The notes under the pieces were generated by a model, which was given only the letters and a program-made list of their open reading frames with translations, was not told the DNA's origin and searched no databases. A stretch of 64,000 nucleotides of DNA from Eledone cirrhosa (taxonomy: Eukaryota). The stretch covers positions 116,126,001 to 116,190,000 of the forward strand of contig OZ024744.1 of assembly GCA_964016885.1 (NCBI GenBank), written 5' to 3'. A program made the translations under genes and the position numbers. Each line of letters starts with the position of its first letter. Position 1 is the stretch's first letter. Positions 16,001 to 29,799 of the stretch are shown here, in pieces.

Positions 16001-19000
16001 TCTCTCTATATATATATATAATGTCTCTCATATCTTGTCTCTCTCTCTCTATATATATAATGTCTCTCATATCTTGTCCCTCTCTCTCTATAAATAATGT
16101 TTCTCATATCTTGTCCCTCTCTCTCTATATATATATAATGTCTCTCATATCTTGTCTCTCTCTCTATATATATAATGTCTCTCATATCTTGTCTCTCTCT
16201 ATATATATATATATAATGTCTCTCATATCTTGTCTTTCTCTCTATATATATAATGTCTCTCATATCTTATCTCTCTCTCTATATATATATAAAATGCCTC
16301 TCATATCTTGTCTCTCTCTCTCTATATATATATATATAATGTCTCTCATATCTTGTCTCTCTGTCTATATATATAATGTCTCTCATATCTTGTCTCTCTC
16401 TCTCTATATATATATAATGTCTCTCATATCTTGTCTCTCTCTCTATATATACAATGTCTCTCATATCTTGTCTCTCTCTTTATATATTTTATAATGTCTC
16501 TCATATCTTGTCTCTCTCTATATATAATGTCTCTCATATCTTGTCGCTCTCTCTCTATATATATAATGTCTCTCATATCTTGTCTCTCTCTATATATATA
16601 TAATGTCTCTCATATCTTGTCTCGCTCTCTCTATATATATATAATGTCTCTCATATCTTGTCTCTCTCTCTATATATACAATGTCTCTCATATCTTGTCT
16701 CTCTCTCTCTATATATATAATGTCTCTCATATCTTGTCTCTCTCTCTCTATATATATAATGTCTCTCATATCTGGTCTCTCTCTCTATATATATAATGTC
16801 TCTCATATCTTATCTCTCTCTCTATATATATATAAAGTCTCTCATATCTTGTCTCTCTCTCTATATATAATGTCTCTCATATCTTGTCTCTCTCTCTCTA
16901 TATATAAAATGTCTCTCATATCTTGTCTCTCTCTCTATATATATAATGTCTCTCATATCTTGTCTCTCTCTATATATATATAATGTCTCTCATATCTTGT
17001 CTCTCTCTATATATATAATGTCTCTCATATCTTGTCTCTCTCTCTATATATATATAATATCTCTCATATCTCGTCTCTCTCTCTCTATATATATATAATG
17101 TCTCTCATATCTTGTCTCTCTCTCTATATATATATATAATGTCTCTCATAGCCTGTCTCTCTCTCTCTATATATATAATGTCTCTCATATCTTGTCTCTC
17201 TCTCTATATATATAATGTCTCTCATAACTTGTCTCTCTGTCTCTCTCTATATATAATGTCTCTCATAACTTGTCTCTCTCCTTATATATATAATGTCTCT
17301 CATATCTTGTCTCTCTCTCTATATATATAATGTCTCTCATATCTTGTCTCTCTCTCTCTATATATAATGTCTATCATATCTTGTCTCTCTCTCTCTATAT
17401 ATATAATGTCCCTCATATCTTGTCTCTCTCTCTCTATATATATATAATGTCTCTCATATCTTGTCTCTCTCTATATATATAATGTCTCTCATATCTTGTC
17501 ACTCTCTCTATATATATAATGTCTCTTATATCTTGTCCCTCTCTCTCTATAAATAATGTTTCTCATATCTTGTCCCTCTCTCTCTATATATATATAATGT
17601 CTCTCATATCTTGTCTCTCTCTCTATATATATAATGTCTCTCATATCTTGTCTCTCTCTCTCTATATATATATAATGTCTCTCATATCTTGTCTTTCTCT
17701 CTATATATATAATGTCTCTCATATCTTATCTCTCTCTCTCTATATATATAAAATGCCTCTCATATCTTGTCTCTCTCTCTCTCTCTCTATATATATATAA
17801 TGTCTCTCATATCTTGTCTCTCTCTCTATATATATAATGTCTCTCATATCTTATCTCTCTCTCTCTATATATATATAATGTCTCTCATATCTTGTCTCTG
17901 TCTCTCTATATATATATAATGTCTCTCATATCTTGTCTCTCTCTCTCTCTATATATATGTAATGTCTCTCGTATCTTGTCTCTCTCTCTATATATATAAT
18001 GTCTCTCATATCTTGTCTCTCTCTCTATATGTATATAATGTCTCTCATATCTTGTCTCTCTCTCTATATATAATGTCTCTCATATCTTGTCTCTCTCTCT
18101 CTATATATATAATGTCTCTCATATCTTGTCTCTCTCTCTCTATATATATAATGTCTCTCATATCTTATCTCTCTCTCTATATATATAATGTCTCTCATAT
18201 CTTGTCTCTCTCTCTCTCTATATATATAATGTCTCTCATATCTTGTCTCTCTCTCTATATGTATATAATGTCTCTCATATCTTGTCCCTCTCTCTCTATA
18301 TATATAATGTCTCTCATAGCTTGTCTCTCTCCCTCTCTCTCTATATAATGTCTCTCATATCTTGTCTCTCTCTCTATATACATATAATGTCTCTCATATC
18401 TTGTCTCTCTCTATATATATATAATGTCTCTCATATCTTGTCTCTCTCTCTCTCTATATATATATAATGTCTCTCATATCTTGTCTCTCTCTCTCTATAT
18501 ATAATGTCTCTCATATCTTGTCTCTCTCTCTATATACATATAATGTCTCTCATATCTTGTCTCTCTCTATATATATATAATGTCTCTCATATCTTGTCTC
18601 TCTCTCTCTCTATATATATATAATGTCTCTCATATCTTGTCTCTCTCACTCTATATATATAATGTCTCTCATATCTTGTCCCTCTCTCTCTATAAATAAT
18701 GTTTCTCATATCTTGTCCCTCTCTCTCTATATATATATAATGTCTCTCATATCTTGTCTCTCTCTCTCTATATATATAATGTCTCTCATATCTTGTCTCT
18801 CTCTCTATATATATATATAATGTCTCTCATATCTTGTCTTTCTCTCTATATATATAATGTCTCTCATATCTTATCTCTCTCTCTATATATATATAAAATG
18901 CCTCTCATATCTTGTCTCTCTCTCTCTCTCTATATATATATATAATGTCTCTCATATCTTGTCTCTCTGTCTATATATATAATGTCTCTCATATCTTGTC

Positions 19001-19130
19001 TCTCTCTCTCTCTATTATATATAATGTCTCTCATATCTTGTCTCTCTCTCTATATATACAATGTCTCTCATATCTTGTCTCTCTCTCTCTATATATATAA
19101 TGTCTCTCATATCTTGTCTCTCTCTATATA
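11200..19130 (+). repeat. Tandem higher-order duplication, period ~3,976 bp (2 copies)
   Basis: Rare variants recur at offset 3976-3980: AAAATGCC..GTCCC 11215/15191, TTTATATATTTTATAA ~12503/16479, GTCTCGCTC ~12644/16620, TATTATAT 15033/19013. Confidence 0.88.
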
Positions 19131-22100
19131 TAATGTCTCTCATATCTTGTCACTCTCTCTCTATATATATAATGTCTCTCATATCTTGTCTCTCTCTATA
19201 TATATATAATGTCTCTCATATCTTGTCTCTCTCTCTATATATATATAATGTCTCTCATATCTTGTCTCTCTCTATATATATATAATGTCTCTCATATCTT
19301 GTCACTCTCTCTCTTTATATATAATGTCTCTCATATCTTGTCTCTCTCTCTATATATATATATAATGTCTCTCATATCTTGTCTCTCTCTCTATATATAC
19401 AATGTCTCTCATATCTTGTCTCTCTCTCTATATATATATAATGTCTCTCATATCTTGTCTCTCTCTCTATATATATATAATGTCTCTCATATCTGGTCTC
19501 TCTCTCTATATATATAATGTCTCTCATATCTTATCTCTCTCTCTATATATATATAAAGTCTCTCATATCTTGTCTCTCTCTCTATATATAATGTCTCTCA
19601 TATCTTGTCTCTCTCTCTCTATATATATATATAATGTCTCTCATATCTTGTCTCTCTCTCTATATATATAATGTCTCTCATATCTTGTCTCTCTCTATAT
19701 ATATATAATATCTCTCATATCTTGTCTCTCTCTATATATATAATGTCTCTCATATCTTGTCTCTCTCTCTATATATATATAATGTCTCTCATATCTCGTC
19801 TCTCTCTCTCTCTCTATATATAATGTCTCTCATATCTTGTCTCTCTCTCTATATATATAATGTCTCTCATATCTTATCTCTCTCTCTCTATATATATAAA
19901 ATGCCTCTCATATCTTGTCTCTCTCTCTCTCTCTATATATATATATAATGTCTCTCATATCTTGTCTCTCTCTCTATATATATAATGTCTCTCATATCTT
20001 ATCTCTCTCTCTCTATATATATATAATGTCTCTCATATCTTGTCTCTGTCTCTCTATATATATATAATGTCTCTCATATCTTGTCTCTCTCTCTCTATAT
20101 ATATATGTAATGTCTCTCGTATCTTGTCTCTCTCTCTATATATATAATGTCTCTCATATCTTGTCTCTCTCTCTATATGTATATAATGTCTCTCATATCT
20201 TGTCTCTCTCTCTATATATATATATAATGTCTTTCATATCTTGTCTCTCTCTCTCTCTATATATAATGTCTCTCATATCTTGTCTCTCTCTCTCTATATA
20301 TATAATGTCTCTCATATCTTATCTCTCTCTCTCTATATATAATGTCTCTCATATCTTGTCTCTCTCTCTCTATATATATATAATGTCTCTCATATCTTGT
20401 CTCTCTCTCTATATGTATATAATGTCTCTCATATCTTGTCCCTCTCTCTCTATATATATAATGTCTCTCATAGCTTGTCTCTCTCCCTCTCTCTCTATAT
20501 AATGTCTCTCATATCTTGTCTCTCTCTCTCTATATATATATAATGTCTCTCATATCTTGTCTCTCTCTCTATATATATAATGTCTCTCATATCTTGTCTC
20601 TCTCTCTATATACATATAATGTCTCTCATATCTTGTCTCTCTCTCTATATATATAATGTCTCTCATATCTTGTCTCTCTCTCTCTCTCTATATATATAAT
20701 GTCTCTCATATCTTGTCTCTCTCACTCTATATATATAATGTCTCTCATATCTTGTCCCTCTCTCTCTATAAATAATGTTTCTCATATCTTGTCCCTCTCT
20801 CTCTCTATATATATAATGTCTCTCATATCTTGTCTCTCTCTCTATATATATAATGTCTCTCATATCTTGTCTCTCTCTCTATATATATATAAAGTCTCTC
20901 ATATCTTGTCTCTCTCTCTATATATAATGTCTCTCATATCTTGTCTCTCTCTCTCTATATATATATATAATGTCTCTCATATCTTGTCTCTCTCTATATA
21001 TATATAATGTCTCTCATATCTTGTCTCTCTCTCTATATACATATAATGTCTCTCATATCTTGTCTCTCTCTCTATATATATAATGTCTCTCATATCTTGT
21101 CTCTCTCTCTCTCTATATATATATAATGTCTCTCATATCTTGTCTCTCTCACTCTATATATATAATGTCTCTCATATCTTGTCCCTCTCTCTCTATAAAT
21201 AATGTTTCTCATATCTTGTCCCTCTCTCTCTATATATATATAATGTCTCTCATATCTTATCTCTCTCTCTATATATATATAAAATGCCTCTCATATCTTG
21301 TCTCTCTCTCTCTCTATATATATATATATAATGTCTCTCATATCTTGTCTCTCTGTCTATATATATAATGTCTCTCATATCTTGTCTCTCTCTCTCTCTA
21401 TTATATATAATGTCTCTCATATCTTGTCTCTCTCTCTATATATACAATGTCTCTCATATCTTGTCTCTCTCTCTCTATATATATAATGTCTCTCATATCT
21501 TGTCTCTCTCTATATATAATGTCTCTCATATCTTGTCACTCTCTCTCTATATATATAATGTCTCTCATATCTTGTCTCTCTCTATATATATATAATGTCT
21601 CTCATATCTTGTCTCTCTCTCTATATATATATAATGTCTCTCATATCTTGTCTCTCTCTATATATATATAATGTCTCTCATATCTTGTCACTCTCTCTCT
21701 TTATATATAATGTCTCTCATATCTTGTCTCTCTCTCTATATATATATATAATGTCTCTCATATCTTGTCTCTCTCTCTATATATACAATGTCTCTCATAT
21801 CTTGTCTCTCTCTCTATATATATATAATGTCTCTCATATCTTGTCTCTCTCTCTATATATATATAATGTCTCTCATATCTGGTCTCTCTCTCTATATATA
21901 TAATGTCTCTCATATCTTATCTCTCTCTCTATATATATATAAAGTCTCTCATATCTTGTCTCTCTCTCTATATATAATGTCTCTCATATCTTGTCTCTCT
22001 CTCTCTATATATATATATAATGTCTCTCATATCTTGTCTCTCTCTCTATATATATAATGTCTCTCATATCTTGTCTCTCTCTATATATATATAATATCTC

Positions 22101-24050
22101 TCATATCTTGTCTCTCTCTATATATATAATGTCTCTCATATCTTGTCTCTCTCTCTATATATATATAATGTCTCTCATATCTCGTCTCTCTCTCTCTCTC
22201 TATATATAATGTCTCTCATATCTTGTCTCTCTCTCTATATATATAATGTCTCTCATATCTTATCTCTCTCTCTCTATATATATAAAATGCCTCTCATATC
22301 TTGTCTCTCTCTCTCTCTCTATATATATATATAATGTCTCTCATATCTTGTCTCTCTCTCTATATATATAATGTCTCTCATATCTTATCTCTCTCTCTCT
22401 ATATATATATAATGTCTCTCATATCTTGTCTCTGTCTCTCTATATATATATAATGTCTCTCATATCTTGTCTCTCTCTCTCTATATATATATGTAATGTC
22501 TCTCGTATCTTGTCTCTCTCTCTATATATATAATGTCTCTCATATCTTGTCTCTCTCTCTATATGTATATAATGTCTCTCATATCTTGTCTCTCTCTCTA
22601 TATATATATATAATGTCTTTCATATCTTGTCTCTCTCTCTCTCTATATATAATGTCTCTCATATCTTGTCTCTCTCTCTCTATATATATAATGTCTCTCA
22701 TATCTTATCTCTCTCTCTATATATATAATGTCTCTCATATCTTGTCTCTCTCTCTCTATATATATATAATGTCTCTCATATCTTGTCTCTCTCTCTATAT
22801 GTATATAATGTCTCTCATATCTTGTCCCTCTCTCTCTATATATATAATGTCTCTCATAGCTTGTCTCTCTCCCTCTCTCTCTATATAATGTCTCTCATAT
22901 CTTGTCTCTCTCTCTCTCTATATATATAATGTCTCTCATATCTTGTCTCTCTCTCTATATATATAATGTCTCTCATATCTTGTCTCTCTCTCTATATACA
23001 TATAATGTCTCTCATATCTTGTCTCTCTCTCTATATATATAATGTCTCTCATATCTTGTCTCTCTCTCTCTCTCTATATATATAATGTCTCTCATATCTT
23101 GTCTCTCTCACTCTATATATATAATGTCTCTCATATCTTGTCCCTCTCTCTCTATAAATAATGTTTCTCATATCTTGTCCCTCTCTCTCTCTATATATAT
23201 AATGTCTCTCATATCTTGTCTCTCTCTCTATATATATAATGTCTCTCATATCTTGTCTCTCTCTCTATATATATATAAAGTCTCTCATATCTTGTCTCTC
23301 TCTCTATATATAATGTCTCTCATATCTTGTCTCTCTCTCTCTATATATATATATAATGTCTCTCATATCTTGTCTCTCTCTATATATATATAATGTCTCT
23401 CATATCTTGTCTCTCTCTCTATATACATATAATGTCTCTCATATCTTGTCTCTCTCTCTATATATATAATGTCTCTCATATCTTGTCTCTCTCTCTCTCT
23501 ATATATATATAATGTCTCTCATATCTTGTCTCTCTCACTCTATATATATAATGTCTCTCATATCTTGTCCCTCTCTCTCTATAAATAATGTTTCTCATAT
23601 CTTGTCCCTCTCTCTCTATATATATATAATGTCTCTCATATCTTATCTCTCTCTCTATATATATATAAAATGCCTCTCATATCTTGTCTCTCTCTCTCTC
23701 TCTATATATATATATAATGTCTCTCATATCTTGTCTCTCTGTCTATATATATAATGTCTCTCATATCTTGTCTCTCTCTCTCTCTCTATTATATATAATG
23801 TCTCTCATATCTTGTCTCTCTCTCTATATATACAATGTCTCTCATATCTTGTCTCTCTCTCTATATATATATAATGTCTCTCATATCTTGTCTCTCTCTA
23901 TATATAATGTCTCTCATATCTTGTCGCTCTCTCTCTATATATATAATGTCTCTCATATCTTGTCTCTCTCTATATATATATAACGTCTCTCATATCTTGT
24001 CTCTCTCTCTATATATATATAATGTCTCTCATATCTTGTCTCTCTCTATA
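18880..24050 (+). repeat. Tandem higher-order duplication, period ~2,386 bp (~2 copies)
   Basis: TATTATAT at 19013/21399/23787; GTCTTTCAT at 20229/22615; ORF pairs 19061/21447, 20110/22496, 21126/23512. Confidence 0.88.
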
Positions 24051-26199
24051 TATATATAATGTCTCTCATATCTTGTCACTCTCTCTCTATATATATAATG
24101 TCTCTCATATCTTGTCTCTCTCTCTATATATATATAAAGTCTCTCATATCTTGTCTCTCTCTCTATATATAATGTCTCTCATATCTTGTCTCTCTCTCTC
24201 TATATATATATATAATGTCTCTCATATCTTGTCTCTCTCTCTATATATATAATGTCTCTCATATCTTGTCTCTCTCTATATATATATAATGTCTCTCATA
24301 TCTTGTCTCTCTCTATATATATAATGTCTCTCATATCTTGTCTCTCTCTCTATATATATATAATGTCTCTCATATCTCGTCTCTCTCTCTCTATATATAT
24401 ATAATGTCTCTCATATCTTGTCTCTCTCTCTATATATATATATAATGTCTCTCATAGCCTGTCTCTCTCTCTCTCTATATATAATGTCTCTCATATCTTG
24501 TCTCTCTCTCTATATATATAATGTCTCTCATAACTTGTCTCTCTCTCTCTCTCTATATATAATGTCCCTCATATCTTGTCTCTCTCTCTATATATATATA
24601 ATGTCTCTCATATCTTGTCTCTCTCTATATATATAATGTCTCTCATATCTTGTCACTCTCTCTATATATATAATGTCTCTTATATCTTGTCCCTCTCTCT
24701 CTATAAATAATGTTTCTCATATCTTGTCCCTCTCTCTATATATATATATAATGTCTCTCATATCTTGTCTCTCTCTCTATATATATAATGTCTCTCATAT
24801 CTTGTCTCTCTCTCTATATATATATATAATGTCTCTCATATCTTATCTCTCTCTCTCTATATATATAAAATGCCTCTCATATCTTGTCTCTCTCTCTCTC
24901 TCTATATATATATAATGTCTCTCATATCTTGTCTCTCTCTCTATATATATAATGTCTCTCATATCTTATCTCTCTCTCTATATATATATATAATGTCTCT
25001 CATATCTTGTCTCTGTCTCTCTATATATATATAATGTCTCTCATATCTTGTCTCTCACTCTCTCTATATATATGTAATGTCTCTCGTATCTTGTCTCTCT
25101 CTCTATATATATAATGTCTCTCATATCTTGTCTCTCTCTCTATATGTATATAATGTCTCTCATATCTTGTCTCTCTCTCTCTATATATATAATGTCTCTC
25201 ATATCTTGTCTCTCTCTCTATATATATATAATGTCTCTCATATCTTGTCTCTCTCTCTCTATATATATAATGTCTCTCATATCTTATCTCTCTCTCTATA
25301 TATATAATGTCTCTCATATCTTGTCTCTCTCTCTCTCTATATATATAATGTCTCTCATATCTTGTCTCTCTCTCTATATGTATATAATGTCTCTCATATC
25401 TTGTCCCTCTCTCCCTATATATATAATGTCTCTCATAGCTTGTCTCTCTCCCTCTCTCTATATATAATGTCTCTCATATCTTGTCTCTCTCTCTCTATAT
25501 ATATATATAATGTCTCTCATATCTTGTCTCTCTCTCTATATATATAATGTCTCTCATATCTTGTCTCTCTCTCTATATACATATAATGTCTCTCATATCT
25601 TGTCTCACTCTCTATATACATAATGTCTCTCATATCTTGTCTCTCTCTCTCTATATATATATATAATGTCTCTCATATCTTGTCTCTCTCTCTCTATATA
25701 TATATAATGTCTCTCATATCTTGTCCCTCTCTCTCTATAAATAATGTTTCTCATATCTTGTCCCTCTCTCTATATATATATATAATGTCTCTCATATCTT
25801 GTCTCTCTCTCTATATATATAATGTCTCTCATATCTTGTCTCTCTCTCTCTATATATATATAATGTCTCTCATATCTTGTCTTTCTCTCTATATATATAA
25901 TGTCTCTCATATCTTATCTCTCTCTCTATATATATATAAAATGCCTCTCATATCTTGTCTCTCTCTCTCTATATATATATATATATAATGTCTCTCATAT
26001 CTTGTCTCTCTGTCTATATATATAATGTCTCTCATATCTTGTCTCTCTCTCTCTATATATATATAATGTCTCTCATATCTTGTCTCTCTCTCTATATATT
26101 CAATGTCTCTCATATCTTGTCTCTCTCTCTATATATATATAATGTCTCTCATATCTTGTCTCTCTCTATATATAATGTCTCTCATAACTTGTCTCTCTC

Positions 26200-29100
26200 T
26201 CTCTATTTATATATAATGTCTCTCATATCTTGTCTCTCTCTCTATATATATAATGTCTCTCATATCTTGTCTCTCTCTCTATATATAATGTCTCTCATAT
26301 CTTGTCACTCTCTCTCTATTTATATAATGTCTCTCATATCTTGTCTCTCTCTCTATATATATAATGTCTCTCATATCTTGTCTCTCTCTCTATATATATA
26401 TAATGTCTCTCATATCTTGTCTCTCTCTCTATATATACAATGTCTCTCATATCTTGTCACTCTCTCTCTATATATATAATGTCTCTCATATCTTGTCTCT
26501 CTCTCTATATATATATAATGTCTCTAATAACTTGTCTCTCTCTCTATATATATAATGTCTCTCATATCTTGTCTCTCTCTCTCTATATATATATAATGTC
26601 TCTCATATCTTGTCTCTCTCTCCCGCTATATATGTAATGTCTCTCATATCTTGTCTCTCTCTCTCTCTATAATAATGTCTCTCATATCTTGTCCCTCTCT
26701 CTCTATATATAATGTCTCTCATATCTTGTCTCTCTCTCTATATATATAATGTCTCTCATATCTTGTCTCTCTCTCTCTATATATATATAATGTCTCTCAT
26801 ATCTTGTCCCTCTCTCTCTATAAATAATGTCTCTCATATCTTGTCCCTCTCTCTCTATATATATAATGTCTCGCATATCTTGTCTCTCTCCCTCTATATA
26901 TAATGTCTCTCATATCTTGTCTCTCTCTCTCTATATATAATGTCTCTCATATCTTGTCCCTCTCTCTCTATATATAATGTCTCTCTCTCTATATATATAA
27001 TGTCTCTCATATCTTGTCTCTCTCTCTATATATATATAATGTCTCTCATATCTTGTCACTCTCTCTCTATTTATATAATGTCTCTCATATCTTGTCTCTC
27101 TCTCTCTATATATAATGTCTCTCATATCTTGTCTCTCTCTCTATATATATATAATGTCTCTCATATCTTGTCTCTCTCTCTATATATACAATGTCTCTCA
27201 TATCTTGTCACTCTCTCTCTATATATATAATGTCTCTCATATCTTGTCTCTCTCTCTATATATATATAATGTTTCTCATATCTTGTCTCTCTCTCTATAT
27301 ATATAATGTCTCTCATATCTTGTCTCTCTCTCTCTCTCTATATATAATGTCTCTCATATCTTGTCTCTCTCTCTCTCGCTATATATGTAATGTCTCTCAT
27401 ATCTTGTCTCTCTCTCTCTCTATAATAATGTCTCTCATATCTTGTCCCTCTCTCTCTATATATAATGTCTCTCATATCTTGTCTCTCTCTCTATATATAT
27501 AATGTCTCTCATATCTTGTCTCTCTCTCTATATATATACATAATGTCTCTCATATCTTGTCCCTCTCTCTCTATAAATAATGTCTCTCATATCTTGTCCC
27601 TCTCTCTCTATATATATAATGTCTCTCATATCTTGTCTCTCTCCCTCTATATATAATGTCTCTCATATCTTGTCTCTCTCTCTCTATATATAATGTCTCT
27701 CATATCTTGTCCCTCTCTCTCTATATATAATGTCTCTCATATCTTGTCTCTCTCTCTATATATATAATGTCTCTCATATCTTGTCTCTCTCTCTCTATAT
27801 ATATAATGTCTCTCATATCTTGTCCGTCTCTCTCTATAAATAATGTCTCTCATATCTTGCCTCTCTCTCTATATATATACAATGTCTCTCATATCTTGTC
27901 TCTCTCTCTCTCTATATATATAATGTCTCTCATATCTTGTCTCTCTCTCTATATATATATATAATGTCTCTCATAGCCTGTCTCTCTCTCTCTATATATA
28001 TAATGTCTCTCATATCTTGTCTCACTCTCTATATATAAATAATGTCTCTCATATCTTGTCTCTCTCTCTCTACATATATAATGTCTCTCATATTTTGTCG
28101 CTCTGTCTCTCTATATATATAATGTCTCTCATATTTTGTCGCTCTCTCTCTATATATATAATGTCACTCATATCTTGTCGCTCACTCTCTCTATATATAA
28201 TGTCTCTCATATCTTGTCTCTCTCTCTCTATTTATATATAATGTCTCTCATATCTTGTCTCTCTCTCTATACATATAATGTCTCTCATATCTTGTCTCTC
28301 TCTCTATATATAATGTCTCTCATATCTTGTCACTCTCTCTCTATTTATATAATGTCTCTCATATCTTGTCTCTCTCTCTCTATATATAATGTCTCTCATA
28401 TCTTGTCTCTCTCTCTATATATATATAATGTCTCTCATATCTTGTCTCTCTCTATATATATACAATGTCTCTCATATCTTGTCACTCTCTCTCTATATAT
28501 ATAATGTCTCTCATATCTTGTCTCTCTCTCTATATATATATAATGTCTCTAATATCTTGTCTCTCTCTCTATATATATAACGTCTCTCATATCTTGTCTC
28601 TCTCTCTCTATATATATATAATGTCTCTCATATCTTGTCTCTCTCTCCCGCTATATATGTAATGTCTCTCATATCTTGTCTCTCTCTCTCTCTATAATAA
28701 TGTCTCTCATATCTTGTCCCTCTCTCTCTATATATAATGTCTCTCATATCTTGTCTCTCTCTCTATATATATAATGTCTCTCATATCTTGTCTCTCTCTC
28801 TCTATATATATATAATGTCTCTCATATCTTGTCCCTCTCTCTCTATAAATAATGTCTCTCATATCTTGTCCCTCTCTCTCTATATATATAATGTCTCTCA
28901 TATCTTGTCTCTCTCCCTCTATATATAATGTCTCTCATATCTTGTCTCTCTCTATATATAATGTCTCTCATATCTTGTCCCTCTCTCTCTATATATAATG
29001 TCTCTCATATCTTGTCTCTCTCTCTATATATATAATGTCTCTCATATCTTGTCTCTCTCTCTCTATATATATAATGTCTCTCATATCTTGTCACTCTCTC

Positions 29101-29650
29101 TCTATTTATATAATGTCTCTCATATCTTGTCTCTCTCTCTCTATATATAATGTCTCTCATATCTTGTCTCTCTCTCTATATATATATAATGTCTCTCATA
29201 TCTTGTCTCTCTCTCTATATATACAATGTCTCTCATATCTTGTCACTCTCTCTGTATATATATAATGTCTCTCATATCTTGTCTCTCTCTCTATATATAT
29301 ATAATGTCTCTCATATCTTGTCCCTCTCTCTCTATAAATAATGTCTCTCATATCTTGTCCCTCTCTCTCTATATATATAATGTCTCTCATATCTTGTCTC
29401 TCTCCCTCTATATATAATGTCTCTCATATCTTGTCTCTCTCTCTATATATATAATGTCTCTCATATCTTGTCCCTCTCTCTCTATATATAATGTCTCTCA
29501 TATCTTGTCTCTCTCTCTATATATATAATGTCTCTCATATCTTGTCTCTCTCTCTCTATATATATAATGTCTCTCATATCTTGTCCGTCTCTCTCTATAA
29601 ATAATGTCTCTCATATCTTGCCTCTCTCTCTCTCTATATATACAATGTCT
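26200..29650 (+). repeat. Distinct sub-domain with ~750-bp and ~2,025-bp periodicities
   Basis: Private variants CGCTATATATGT followed by TATAATAATG near 26624, 27377 and 28649. ORF pairs 26364/27115/28389 and 26712/27465/28737. Confidence 0.75.
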
Positions 29651-29799
29651 CTCATATCTTGTCTCTCTCTCTCTATATATATATAATGTCTCTCGTATCT
29701 TGTCTCTCTCTCTATATATATATATAATGTCTCTCATAGCCTGTCTCTCTCTCTCTATATATATAATGTATCTCATATCTTGTCTCTCTCTCTATATAT

